Position numbers and translations under genes: made by a program. Positions 23,315 through 35,687 of a stretch of DNA of 64,000 nt are shown piece after piece. The stretch covers positions 14,942,001 to 15,006,000 of the forward strand of contig NC_083281.1 of NCBI RefSeq assembly GCF_963506605.1, given 5' to 3'. Source of the stretch: Zootoca vivipara. Its lineage: Eukaryota. Positions within the stretch are counted from its first letter, which is position 1, and each line of letters opens with the position of its first letter. Below the pieces are notes generated by a model, which saw only the letters and a program-made list of their open reading frames with translations, did no database searches and had not been told where the DNA came from.

Positions 23315-26300
23315 TTCTAGAGGGTGCACAACCCAGCAGGAAGACCTCCCAATTTACAGGGGGTTGGAGGTCCCATCCAATCCTACGATTCCCATGAGGT
23401 CCATTGACTATGAACAAATAGGAGTTGTGTGGATCAGGGCCGCAAGCCTTCAAGAGAGTTGCCTCTGGCTGTAAGTTCTCCCAAAGGTTCTCCCGAGGGG
23501 TCTTTAATGAGGAAGGGGTGTTTGCCTGCGTAGACCAGCACCTCCCGTCTCTTCCATGGGTGTAAAATGGTGCTTGGGTCCCCCCCCCCACTCTGACATG
23601 AACTCAACTCTAAGGGTTTTAACCCTTCACACACACCCCGGTCGGTGAAAAAGGCTTTGATAGTCCTGCTACCCATAAGAAGACATTCAGGAGCCCACCC
23701 CTCCCTCCCCATGTCGACCTGTCAACCCTCCACCCTCCCCACAAAAAACCCCGAACCCAAGCCAAAATAAAAATAAAAAACCCAAACGTTTTAAAAGAAA
23801 TTAATACAAAATAAGCACAGCTTTATCATAGAGGTTAATAAAAAAGGGCTAATACTTAAATTCTGTATGCCTTTTACAAAGCAAAAAACTGGAAGAAGGG
23901 AAAAAAGCGGTAAAGGAGTCCAACAAAGCAATCTAAAGTCAGAATTTGGATTTTTTTTTTTGTAAAACATTTTGTGGTTTTTTTTTTTAAATAACGTATT
24001 CATGGTTACCAGCCATAGTCATAACAAAAGTTATTCATAATAAAATGTATCTAAAATAACATTTCTATCTGAAACAGGAACCTTGTCTCTCTAATTTTTT
24101 TTTGTTTTTTTTTAAAGAAATAATTCTCTCAGGTCTGCTCTTCTGGGTTTTTCTGTATGCTACTGTTCGGTATACTTTTTTTGGGGGGGGAGGGAAAGGC
24201 CTTTTTTCAATATTTAAAACAGTTCTTGGAGGGCGAGAGAGGGGAGAGGAAGAGGAGAACGATGAAAGGTCCTCTGTACCTAAGAACCTGCCAAGGTCAG
24301 CTTTTGGGGAACGGGGAAAGGGTTGTTGGGTTTGGTTTTTTGCCCATCATGCGAAAAATAGTGGCTGGGGAAGAAAGGCACACTCACACACCCAACTCGC
24401 ATGCACACGCACAAACAAAGTCGGGGCGCAAGGGAAACTAGCAAGGCGACCCTCCTGCAACCCCCCCCCCAAACCTGGCAAGCTGCCTTAGGCACCCTGC
24501 ACCTTGGAAGAACCCCCCCTCCCTCTCAGCGCCAAGAGTGGATGGAGGATCTTGAAAACGCTTAGGACGTCCGTTTCACCCTCCACCTGCACAGAAAGGT
24601 CTCGCCCGGGCCTCCCATTAGTCGTTTTCTTATTTTTAAAAAAGAACAGCCAGTGTCTCAGCGCCTCTGAGGGCGGCAGAGACGCGGCGAAAATCACGCC
24701 CACCCCCACCCCCGTTCCGCAGCCGTTCCGATGCAGAACGCTGACCCAAAGGGCTGGTGGCAGGAGGTTTGGAAGTCCAGAGGGTCCCGACACAGCCGTT
24801 TGCCCGCCTGTAGTGTTTGTGTAAATGCCAGCACAGAGAAACCCTCCACCCGCCTGGAGTTAAAATGGAGAAGCCTTCTGGTCCCATTTGGATTCCTGCC
24901 CGGAAGGTCTTTCTGCTCCCCAACCCTGTCGGAGGGGGGTGGCGGGGATCTCTTGGATCCCTCAGCTGCTGCCGCCAATTGCCTCCCAGGTCGGGGGGAG
25001 GATGGAGGATCTCTGCTTGGCTCCTGCAAATTCATTAGCACCGTGAACCCAACTGCCTGCACCCAGGAGTGCCACCAGTCACTTGTAAGCACCAGAAAAC
25101 CGCCGCAGAACCTGGGGCGGTGGTCCCCCCATTGGTGTCAGGGACCCACCATGGCTTTTGCTGTGACCCACTCAATCTCCCCCCCCCACACATACACCCG
25201 ACTCAGGGAAGACAGACAGACAACTGTGCACCCCCAAACCATTGAAGAATGTTAGGAAAATTAACGGCCGAGCTTGCGAGACCCGCCAACAGAACTGCTC
25301 CTTCTCCACCTCCTCCTCCTCTTCCACCAGCCTTCTGACCTTCTCCCGCCTTGCAATTATCGGAGGGAGATGAGAAAATTCACCTTGCATCGGACACAAG
25401 GAACCCATAGCAGCTGAACCGAGAAAAGAACTTTGATCCTAAACCACGAAACTGCCGACTGATCCCCCAAACCCATTTGAACTGCTTCAACGCAACTAGG
25501 TCTGGCTCCCAGCTCCCCAACCAACCAACCAACGCTCTGCACACCCAAGAGAAGGCGGCCGAAGGAGTTCAAAACCCCAGTGCCCAAAGGGCCACAGCAC
25601 TCTCAATCTAGGGGTGGTGATGAGGCGGGTGGGTGGCCCAGACGTCTCTCCTCAACTGCCACCTGCTACTCCTGCCCAGTTCCCCAAAGACCGTCTTCCC
25701 CAACCAAGTGCGCCCCTCGACCCGTTTCGGATGACAACTCGCATCGGCCGGGGGGGGAAACGCGCCGAGAGAGGGCACTTGGGTCCGGGGAAGGCCGCCC
25801 TAAGAGGTAGCATACGGACATCGTTTCAATTATATATCTATATATATATTTATATGTATGTATGTATAAAAAGAACCAGGGACAGGCCTGCAAAGTTCAT
25901 GCTGAGCACTCAGGTGTGGGGCTGTGCCAACCCCCGCTGCATCCTGCCCTTCTCCACCTGCTCTCGGTAAAGTGGGGGGAGTATTAGAGGCACTTAAAAA
26001 AATTGTGTCAGTCACCTGCAGCACCAATGCCTTCCCTCCCTCTCCACCAAGACTCTTCCACCTCCTCCTCCTCCTCCTCCTCCAATGCCAGGTACGGAAA
26101 GCTGTCGGCTGGGTTAGCTCAGACGGAAACCAGCTCGCCCAGGTAACCCCACGATGCCCCTCCCGTGTCCTGGCTGCTGATGGGGCAGGCATCAAAAACA
26201 CCCCAAATCCAGATAGCGGGAGAGGACCAGTCTTTCCTGCTCATCATCACCTTGGCTGGTCTGTTTCAAGAAGAGGAGAGGAAGGAGGAGGAGGAGGAGG

Positions 26301-26776
26301 AAGAAGGAGGAGGAGAGGCGGTCGGAGGGGGGTGGGGGAGATGAGGGAAAAGAGAAAACGAGAAAAACCCCAAAGGGGAAGGGGGCGACATGACCCAAAT
26401 TCAGCCTCCTCCGCCTCCTGCCAGTTAAACTTCTAGGAGCCTCCTGCCCACCTGCTCCCTTGTGCACATTGACGTATTAAAAACCAATAGCTGAAGTTAT
26501 AATAATAATAAAAAGTAGGGGGAAAAAATATTAGAACACAATAAGACGGTGAGATTGTAGTGACAGCTTTTTCTCCCCCCCATCTCCCCTCCGGCGGCTG
26601 GGAACTGCTGGAGGTGGTTTCGTGGGGGAAGGGGTTCGCCCACCCCCACAGCAAACACACCCCTGGGAGATGAGGGGCTTATAACAAAAAACAAAAACAA
26701 CAAGGAGTGAGGAAGGGGAAAAAAAATAAACAGCCACCCTAAAGCTTCTCAGGAACATCAGCAGATGCAGCTTCTT

Positions 26777-26805
26777 TCAAATGGTGGAAGTCTTGTCGGT
26801 GCCAT
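26777..26805 (-). CDS. SAMD4B: SAMD4B last coding exon (followed by a ~3-kb 3'UTR toward ~23700)
   Basis: DGTDKTSTI*; TGA at 26779-26777. Confidence 0.93.
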
Positions 26806-27271
26806 CTGCAGAGAGAGCAAGAGAGAGCGCAGAATTATAGCAGGTGGAGGAATAGATGGGAAAGTATGTTGGTTCCCAGTTTCCGAGCACAATTCAAAGT
26901 GCTGGTGCTGACCTTTAAAGCCCTAAACGGCCTTAGCCCAGTAGACCCGAAGGAGCGTCTCCACCCCCATCGTCCAGCCTGGACACTGAGGTCCAGCTCC
27001 AAGGGCCTTCTGGTGGTTCCCTCGCTGCGAGAAGTGAGGTTGCAGGGAACCAGGGAGAGGGCCTTCTCAGTGGTGGCACCCACATTGTGGAACACCCTCC
27101 CTTCAGATGTCAAAGCAATAAGCAACTATTTTACTTTTAAAAGACATCTGAAGGCAGCCCTGTTTAGGGAAGTTTTTCATGTTTAATGCTGTATTGTGTT
27201 TTTAATATTCGGTTGGGAGCCGCCCAGAGTGGCTGGGGAAACCCAGCCAGACGGGCAGGGTATAAATAATA

Positions 27272-27314
<43 letters not shown>

Positions 27315-27611
27315 TTATTATTATTTATTATGATTCTGATGGTTCCCTCCCTGTGAGAAGTGAAGTTACAGGGAACCAGGCAGAGGGGCTTCTCGGTGGT
27401 GGCGCTCACCCTGTGGAACGCCCTCCCATCAGATGTCAAGGAAATAAACAACTATCTGACTTTTAGAAGACATCTGGAGGCAGCCCTGTTTAGGGAAGAT
27501 TTTTAATGTTTGAGGTTTTATTGTGCTTTTAATATTTCTAAAATATTTTAATATTAACCGTCTCAAACTATGTAAAAGGAAAGGCAAGAATCTGGATGTC
27601 ACAAAAGCAGG

Positions 27612-27830
27612 AGTCGGTGTGGTGCAGCAGTTAGAGTACTGGACTGGAGCCTGGGAGACCAGCATTTGAATCCCGCCCCCCTTGGCCATGAAGCCCCCCT
27701 GGGTGACCTTAGGGGTCAGTTTCTGCCTCTCAGCCTAGCCTGCCCCGCAGGGTTGCTGTGGGGATTCAATGAGGTGTAAGCCGCTTTGAGCTCCCTGGAG
27801 AAAAAGGTGGGCTAGAAATGCAGTGAATAA
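27612..27830 (+). mobile_element. MIR-like tRNA-derived SINE (copies ~11660-11840, 15300-15500, 3960-4140 -)
   Basis: A/B-box-like head with core GGGTGACCTT..CTCAGCCT..AGGGTTGTTGTGGGGATTAAATGAG. Confidence 0.6.
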
Positions 27831-27858
27831 ATGAATTGAAGTAAAATAAGCCGCTCAC

Positions 27859-27942
27859 CGCCCAGTGCGTGCTCAGTCATGCTGAGACACAGGGACTCCA
27901 GCGTAGGGTTGATCTCCAGGTCTGTTCCAGGGAGCTGGCAAT
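27859..27942 (-). CDS. SAMD4B: SAMD4B coding exon 11
   Basis: [28 protein letters not shown]. Confidence 0.95.
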
Positions 27943-28420
27943 CTGGAGGGGGGGGGAACGCAGTCGCAGGTGGTCACTACCCATTCTGACCCAGGTTCAC
28001 GGAATCAAAGAGTCGTAGAGTTGGAAGGGACCACGAGGGTCATCTAGCCCAAATCCCCTGCAGTGCAGGGATCTTTTGCACCCACAACCCTGTGACTAAG
28101 AGTCTTCACACTCGATCCCAACTGAGCTACCCAGTCTGGTTTGCTTGGTCAATGGAAAAGTCAGGGGACAGGGACAGTGCTCCCCTTCGTCTCCACAAAG
28201 GTTTAAGTCCTGCAGTGAGATCCCGCAGCAGCTGCTCTATGAGTTGCCAGTAGTTACACAGAAGCAAGGAAAAAGCAGTCTGCACGTGCCCAGTGGCACT
28301 CATTGGCTGCGTTCCAGCACTGTGCCTGTTTTGTTTGCGGCTAATTTTTTCTCAGAAGAAGCAATGGCTAAGCAAATGCCACCCTCCCCGCCACTGAAGC
28401 CAAGAAGCCGGCTGACTCAC

Positions 28421-28544
28421 CCTGTGGGAACATGAGGATGGCCTGGGGGGATGTGTGGACGGGGAGCGAATGGGTCCGCTGGACAGAACTGCGACTCTGG
28501 CCCGGCATGCTGTTGCTGCCCCCAGGGTTGGCAAACCACAGGTT
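28421..28544 (-). CDS. SAMD4B: SAMD4B coding exon 10
   Basis: [41 protein letters not shown]; AAG acceptor. Confidence 0.94.
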
Positions 28545-29359
28545 CTTGGAAGGGAAAAGAGAATTTGATTTAAACAGGGGGGCAAACCGGAGAAACAAAA
28601 CAAAACACACACACGCATACACACACCAAAAACTACCCCTCCCAGTAGGTGAGTTACTACTACACGGAGCCGAGGGACAGGGCTGAAGCCTGGCATGCCC
28701 CAAATAGTCTCACCTGCAGGTTTCTGTTTTGGGCGTCTGGCTGGTCACTGCGAGACCAGGGTGCTGACCCAGCTGGGCACTTCTGCTCTTATGTGAAGCC
28801 GCTGTCTGCATGGAATCTGCAGCGATGCTAATATGGGGGCTGCTCTATCTCCTTCGTCTCCTTCAGCAACCTGGTGCCCTCTAGGTATCTGGGGCTACAG
28901 CTGCCGCCCGCGGGGCCACAGACAGGAAGGAGGCGAGTTGTAGTCCAAAATACCTGGAGGGCACTTGGCTGGCTACCCCTGCGATAGGCTTTCAGCCAAG
29001 CCCCTGGGGTTGCACTGGAGTACAACACAGTTGAGACCTTCCTTCCACAAACATCTTTTTTGCAAAGTGCAGTCAGCAAAAGGCAACTCCACACATTTTG
29101 CTCACTCCTTATGTCCCTGTAAGATTATTTCCAAGACAGAGCATGTTGCATGTCCCTGGTAAGAAATCCCCCATTTTCAAAACGCACCAACACTTGGACC
29201 TGAGTTTAAGCAGCACAAGAAAGGCGGCTTAGAATGCCCCCTTCTGAAGGAGCCCTCTTGGGTCAACGGAGAGGTGGCCAGGCTGCCTTTCAGAGGCATC
29301 CTGTTACCTTAGCCCAGGGCTATAAAGGGAACACTGCCTCCATCCCATCCCTTTCTTAC

Positions 29360-29558
29360 CTGCCGTCCTTGGCTCCCAAGGTTTGGGCTGGTGAGAGCAT
29401 GCCGAGGGGAGACTCCGCCGATCCCTGCAGGGCTCAGGATCCCCAGGCGGCTGGGAGGAATGGCGCGGGGGGGCATCTGGAACTGCCGCTGTCCTCTGCG
29501 GGCCACCCCCACCCCCACAGATCCAGCTATGGGGAGAGAATTGGAACCAAAGGCCCAT
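29360..29558 (-). CDS. SAMD4B: SAMD4B coding exon 9
   Basis: [21 protein letters not shown]...[13 protein letters not shown]. Confidence 0.95.
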
Positions 29559-32435
29559 CTAGAAGAGTACCAAAGCGGGGGGTGGGGGAAAGAGAGAGAG
29601 AAGTCAGTCCCGTTGGTAAGTACCATCACTTGTGAGTATGGGTAGCATTTCACAATAAGGCTGCTGTGACCCAAACCCAGGCCACAGGCTGGCCACCCTT
29701 ACGGTACCTTAGCTCTAGTGGTCCCCAAACATTTTCTGGCCACTAGCCCCCTTGGTTCCAGAAAATCACCCCAAGCGTCCCCTACCCCACCCTAGAAAGA
29801 GCATCATTCACATGACCCACTGATAACAACACAATAAAATTCAAACTGCTAACCATTAATTGCACATTTATTCAATACCGGATTCAAACCATTTAGTTTA
29901 ATACAACAAAACTGATGAACCTGATCCAGTGATAAAAACTTCAAATCTGATAGTCATTTGCACCTCCAGTGCCTCCCTGCATTGCCAGCCTAAGATGGCA
30001 GGGCCCTGACTGACTCCAGCTGCAAAAGCTGGGGCTGCTGAACAGACTCTCTTGGGTTGGGGTTTTTGTTGGGGAGCCAGTTGCTGCTGTTTTTGATATT
30101 AATTTTTTGTATCTGTACTTCAAATCTTACTACGATTTATGTGGAAATTGCTTCATTTGGTTGTATACCTTTTGATGTTTTGTTTATTGTTTAGGAGCGC
30201 TTTTGTAAATCTTTTCATGCTGTAAGCTGCCTTGAGCGTGGTTTTGTCCAAGGAAGGGCGGCATACAAACAAAATTATGTATGGATGTACCACCCACTTT
30301 AGGAACCACTGCTGTAGTATAAAGCAGCCCAGGGCACCCTGGGGAAGGGACACAGCTCAGGGGTAGAGCATCTGCCTTGCATGCAGAAGGACCTGGATTC
30401 AATCCCTGGCAACCTCTTCTGGTAGGGATAATATATAATATAATATAATATAATATAATATAATATAATATAATAATATATTTATACCCTGCCCATCTGG
30501 CTGGGTTTCCCCAGCCACTCTGGGTGGCTGCCAACAGAATATTAAAAACAGAATAGAACTTCAAACATTAAAAGCTTCCCTAAACAGGGCTGCCTTCAGA
30601 TGTCTTCTAAAAGTCAGATGTTTATTTCTTTGACATCTGATGGGAGGACGTTCCACAGGGTGGGCGCCACTACTGAGAAGGCCCTCTGCCTGGTTCCCTG
30701 TAACCTTACTTCTCGCAGGGAGGGAACCATCAGAATCATAATAAATAATAATAAATCAGCAAGCCAGAGAAAGGTGTGCTTTGTCATAACAGCAGTTAGT
30801 ACCCAAGCTGCTCGCTAGGCACTAAAAGAAAGTGTTGCTCTTTTGAGCAGAAGTGTTTCCTTGAAGCACAAGCTGATGACTTTCCAGGTCAGTGGCATGT
30901 TTCATATGCATTGCAGGTTACCCCGTGTGTCCCTACCAACTCAGCAATTCTATGATTATATATTACATTCCTGTTCCACTTTGGCCCTTCCCAAAGGTGC
31001 CATGCAAGAAACAGTTAAAAAAAATTAAACTCCTGATGGGTTATATGAAGAGAACTTATACAGAGTCAACCTACCAGTTCAGCAAGGCTCATACTGTCAA
31101 CTCTGACTGGCAGCAGATCCCCAGGGCCCCTCAAGTGGAGGAAGTTCTTTCCAAGCACCTGGAGGTGCCAGGGGTTCAATCTGGAGCCTGCAACACACAC
31201 ACTACCCCCGAGGCAGACTCCGTCCCCTTCATGACAGCTGCTTCAATCAAGAAACCTGCTCTCTTAGTCATAGTCAGGCACCACCAAGTGCTTGCAGCCC
31301 CAGCTTTTTTTTTTTAAAAAAAGAATTATTTTAAAAGCTTCATTAGGCAATCAAAATGTTTTACATCGAGTCAAAACCAAAAACCAAGTGGTAACTAGAG
31401 ATTAATTGAGAATATAAGCAGCAACAGGGGTTCATAGTGGAAGTATAAGAAGAGTGGGAAGCCAGTTTTGCAAAAACTGTATTAAACTGAATTAATTTGG
31501 CAATGGTTTGTAATAATTTGGAATATGAATAAAAATAATTGGCAAATAAAACCTCAATAAGCAACCCAAACACCGGGCAACTTGCTGGAAAAAATCTGCA
31601 ATGCATGGCTTCATATTGTATTGGAACGCAGAGACAGCTAAGGAAGTCCGGAGACAGGTTCAATCCAAACATAATCAAGAAAATGAAAGCATTCCACGGT
31701 AACAAGGATGGCAAAGAAAAAGTGACTTGTCCATCTGCAGACAGTACCAGATAAAATCAAATTTGGTGGGAACCTGCCAGGCACCAGTACGTTTCTTGAT
31801 ATATGTCAAGACCATCCACCACGTAGTCAGAATTCAGCAGCCAGGCTGCTCACCGGAGCAAGGTGGTTTGAGCATGCAATATCAACCCTGGCTCCACTGC
31901 ACGGGCTGCCAATTAGTTTTTCTGGGCCCAATTCAAAGTGCTGGCTTTGACCAAAAGGCCTTAAATGGCTCAGGACCGCAATTACTCAAGGACTACCTCT
32001 TTTCATATGAACCTACCTGGACCCTGAGATCCTCATCTAAGGCCCTTCTTCATGTGCCTCCTATGTGCGAGGTCCAGCAGGTGGCAACATGAGAACGGGA
32101 CCTTTTCTGTAGTGGCTCCCTATTTGCCGGATGTTCTCCCCAGGGAGGCTTGCCAGGTGCCACTGTTATACGTACATGTTTAGGCACTGGGCAAAAACTT
32201 TCCTCTTTTCCTCTTGCGTTATTTTTTTATGTATTAATTTTAAGGTTTTTTAAAAATGTAACTATGTTTGCTTCTCTTTGCAACCAATAAATTTAGTACA
32301 TAGTAAGATAATAACAACAGTAAAACCTTAGTTTCCAGTCTTAGAACCCTCCATGGCAGGAGGATGCCCTGCCTAACCCAGAACCCTCCTGGCCTAATCT
32401 TGTCCCTTGAACTCCTTGCTCCTGCCAAGACTCAC

Positions 32436-32554
32436 CCTTTCTGTGGACGGTAGCCTTGCATGTCCAGCACAGCCTTCCTGGGAAACGTCCGGAGCAACTT
32501 TAGCACCTGCTGCTTCCAGGACAGGAGCCTTTTCTTCTGTGTCTCTGTGAATGC
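32436..32554 (-). CDS. SAMD4B: SAMD4B coding exon 8
   Basis: [27 protein letters not shown]...QK(G). Confidence 0.95.
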
Positions 32555-32648
32555 CTGGAGGGAGGGCACAGGAGGGCAGGCGTGAGTTGGGATGGGAAGA
32601 GCAGGCAGACATGGGGTGCTAACCCTCTCTGGGAAGCCTAATGCCTAC

Positions 32649-32734
32649 CTCGTGCATCAGGCATTTCTCTATCAGCTGAAGGTAGCTGGTGATGTTCTCC
32701 TCGTCCGGTCGGGAGACCAGCAACTGCGTACACA
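32649..32734 (-). CDS. SAMD4B: SAMD4B coding exon 7
   Basis: [29 protein letters not shown]. Confidence 0.95.
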
Positions 32735-32901
32735 CTGCAGGGGAAAGTGGAAGAAAGGAACTGAAAATAAAACTGAAGTTAACTCTTCTTGGATCTTATA
32801 AAGTACAGCTGTTAATAGTGCTTAATACTGTAATTTATACTGAGATGCTACCATACTGTGCTTGTTTATTAAAAACAAACCTAAGAAACAGGGCCCATTT
32901 A

Positions 32902-33317
32902 CCGTATTTCTCTGTGTATAACACGCCCCCGTTTATAAGACGCTCCCTATTTTTGGGGACTCAAATTTAAGAAAATGGGGGAAATTTCCCAGAGTTGTTG
33001 AGGTTTTTTTTTTTTTGAGGATTGCCCAGAGTTATTGAGCTTTTGGGGGGGGGGCAGGGATGGTTTGCAAAAAACAAACAAACTGCCAGACCGATGATGG
33101 CAATCACACACATCTTTGAATAGCCCGCTCACCACCACCAGACAATCAGCAGCAGCCCTAGCCGTACCCACAAATCAACTGCCCCGACAATTTCCTGCTC
33201 ATGGCAGCAACCAATCCCCCATCCCCCCCCTATGCATTACCCGTGTATAAGACAACCCCAAACTTTGGACATGATTTTCTCGGGTGGAAACCTCGTATTA
33301 TACACAGAAAAGTACGG
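32902..33317. mobile_element. pogo/Tigger-type MITE (related copies ~46637-46817, 61942-62274)
   Basis: TIR CCGTATTT..TATAA / TTATA..TACGG with TA TSD. Confidence 0.75.
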
Positions 33318-33706
33318 TATTTTACCCTCTTCTCATAGCTACCATAACCCTTCTATCTTTTACAGTGTCTTACATCCATCTTTGGATATATGCCTCTTCC
33401 TTTTCTCTCCATCATTCGCTGCTGTTAGCTTCCTGCATCCACATAAGTTTCAGATCACCCACCCATCACACAGGTGGTTGCCCCCTTGGTCTTTGGAAAC
33501 CGGAGGGGTCTGCATGTCCATTTTAACTTTGGGGGTCCTGGGGCAAGAGGCCCTGCAGGCTGATGGACTAAAGCAGTGTTAGCATGGACAATTTCAAAAG
33601 ACCAGCCTTAACCATAAACCTAAGAGGGACCATGAGGTGTTAAGAGGATTCACTGGGCGGCGCAAATCCTACTGCTTTAGACCTGATGGCAATCCGGAGC
33701 ACTCAC

Positions 33707-34016
33707 CTTTGCCCATCACCCGGGTGAACTGCCCTGCGATGTCCCCCTCGGCGATGGGCGCCGCCCCCGACTCCCCATCACAAGGGGAGCCTGTCGGGGG
33801 CAGGAAGGTGTCGGTGGCCGAGTCCTTGTCCTCGGAAGGGTTGCCACTCTTGTCCAGACACAGCTTGGTGGCTCCGCGCTGCTCTGACGGCAGCTGTTGC
33901 TGGCCCTCCTTGGACGCTGCCATGGCCTGCAGGGCGTGGAAGGCCTTGATGGGGGTGATGATGATCTGCTGCAGTTCCTGGAGGGCGTTCCACAAGTTCC
34001 CACCTTCCAAGATGTC
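33707..34016 (-). CDS. SAMD4B: SAMD4B coding exon 6
   Basis: DILEGGNLWNALQELQQIIITPIKA...GDIAGQFTRVMGK. Confidence 0.95.
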
Positions 34017-35003
34017 CTGCCCGGGGGAAGGGGGGCGAGAGGGGGAGGAGAAGGAGAGAAAATGGAGAACTTGAAGAGGGGAATGTTTTGGCAGCTCAAT
34101 ACTTGGCGGGGCTGGCGCGGCGCGGCTAGAAGCATTAAGGAAAATGAGCTTTTGTCTGAGTTAATTTGGATTTTTGTACTTGTGTATTGTTTAGGGACTT
34201 TCGTTGGGAAGCATATTGTTTATTAGTGTGTATACATTCATATTGTTAATTGTTATTATTATTTTTAATATGTTTTCCTTATTTTTATTATGTATTTTGT
34301 GCTTTGACTAATTTTTATTATGTATTTTATGCTTCATATATTATACCATTATGTTGTGAACCACCCTGAGACCTATATACAAATTTTTATTATTATTAGT
34401 GCTTTTTTTCCTTAAAAAATATTTAAGGGTGCTCTCATTTTCCTACTCATATTGAAATACTGCCCCCTCAATGAGGCCAAACTTAGGTTCACAAAATGTT
34501 GAGGGGTACGCGTATCCCCGCGTACCCCTGTAAAAAACACAGATGTTGATGATGATTTAGTTACACTGTTATTCTGAATCAGATTTTGGATGCACTCAGC
34601 TCCTATTTTAGACACCCTGTCTTTCCCACAGCTTCTGGATACTCAAATGACAATTCTGTTCCATTTAGTACAGGAAAATCGCATCGTATGAGGGGGTTAC
34701 ATTCTGGGGGTGGCACATACACACGGGACCACCCACTTGGAAGCGCCCCATAAGAGCATCTCTACCTTCTGGAGCTGGTGCACTGAATGGATCTTACCCC
34801 ACAAGCAAGACAGAGAGCTATTAAGGGAAAACCCTGTGCAAAAAGAGCTTTTGAGCTCTCCGCCTTCCATGCATTTAAATCTGCGTGATTTCAACCACAT
34901 CAAATTGAAATCACACAGGTTAAAATGTGCATCAGCTGTGAGTTACTGGTACCGGAAGCCCAGCCCTGCCTCTCAGCAGCAAAGCCTCCACCTTCTCTCT
35001 TAC

Positions 35004-35090
35004 CTTCTCCAGAGACTTCAGGACGCTCTGCCTTTCCCGCAGCTTCTGGATACTCAAGGCAATTTTGTGCCTCGCTCCTTTGGTGACGTT
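35004..35090 (-). CDS. SAMD4B: SAMD4B coding exon 5 (SAM domain)
   Basis: [29 protein letters not shown]. Confidence 0.96.
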
Positions 35091-35577
35091 CTGGTCAGGG
35101 AAAAGAGGGACAGCTGAGATACCCACCAGCAGAGGCAGCTGCTGCCCAGCCCTCGGAGGAAGAAACATGTTTGAAAATGCACAGCAACCCCCCAAGAATG
35201 GATGGTCTCAAGTAATATCCGCCTTTGCAAGCATGTGTGAGCATAACAATGTCATGCTGCATAAAAAACTCCTAAGCCTCTAAGCTTTCCTTTGGGGGTG
35301 GTAGTCCTCAAAGTTGTAAGGAAAGGCTTAAAGGAATGCGGATAGTGTGCGAACCACCATGAGACCTGCGGGTATAGGGAGTTATACAAATTTAATAAAT
35401 CATAGTAATAATAATAGCTTCTCAGAAACCAAAAAGGCCCCTGGTAAGAGGTCTTCCAACAGCCTGGAGGCACAGGATCAACTCTAGACATGCTTTCTTC
35501 CCCCAGCCCCCCCCCTGCTTCCAAAGCATCACCCCCAGCTGCCCCCAAGACTCTGGTTTAAGCACCTTGTGCAGTAC

Positions 35578-35687
35578 CTGCGACTCCAGGTGTTGCTCTG
35601 TGAGGGTCATCATCTCTTCATAGGTCATCTGGGAGAAGAGGGCTGCATATTTGTGGAGGCGAAGACTCTTCAGCCACGAGGGGACAT
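35578..35687 (-). CDS. SAMD4B: SAMD4B coding exon 4 (SAM domain)
   Basis: [37 protein letters not shown]. Confidence 0.96.

Noticed and set aside
23700-26776. Smaug-recognition-element autoregulation and the exact polyA site in the SAMD4B 3'UTR
   Set aside because: I could not identify a convincing CNGGN stem-loop or canonical AATAAA by eye; this needs RNA folding and 3'-seq.
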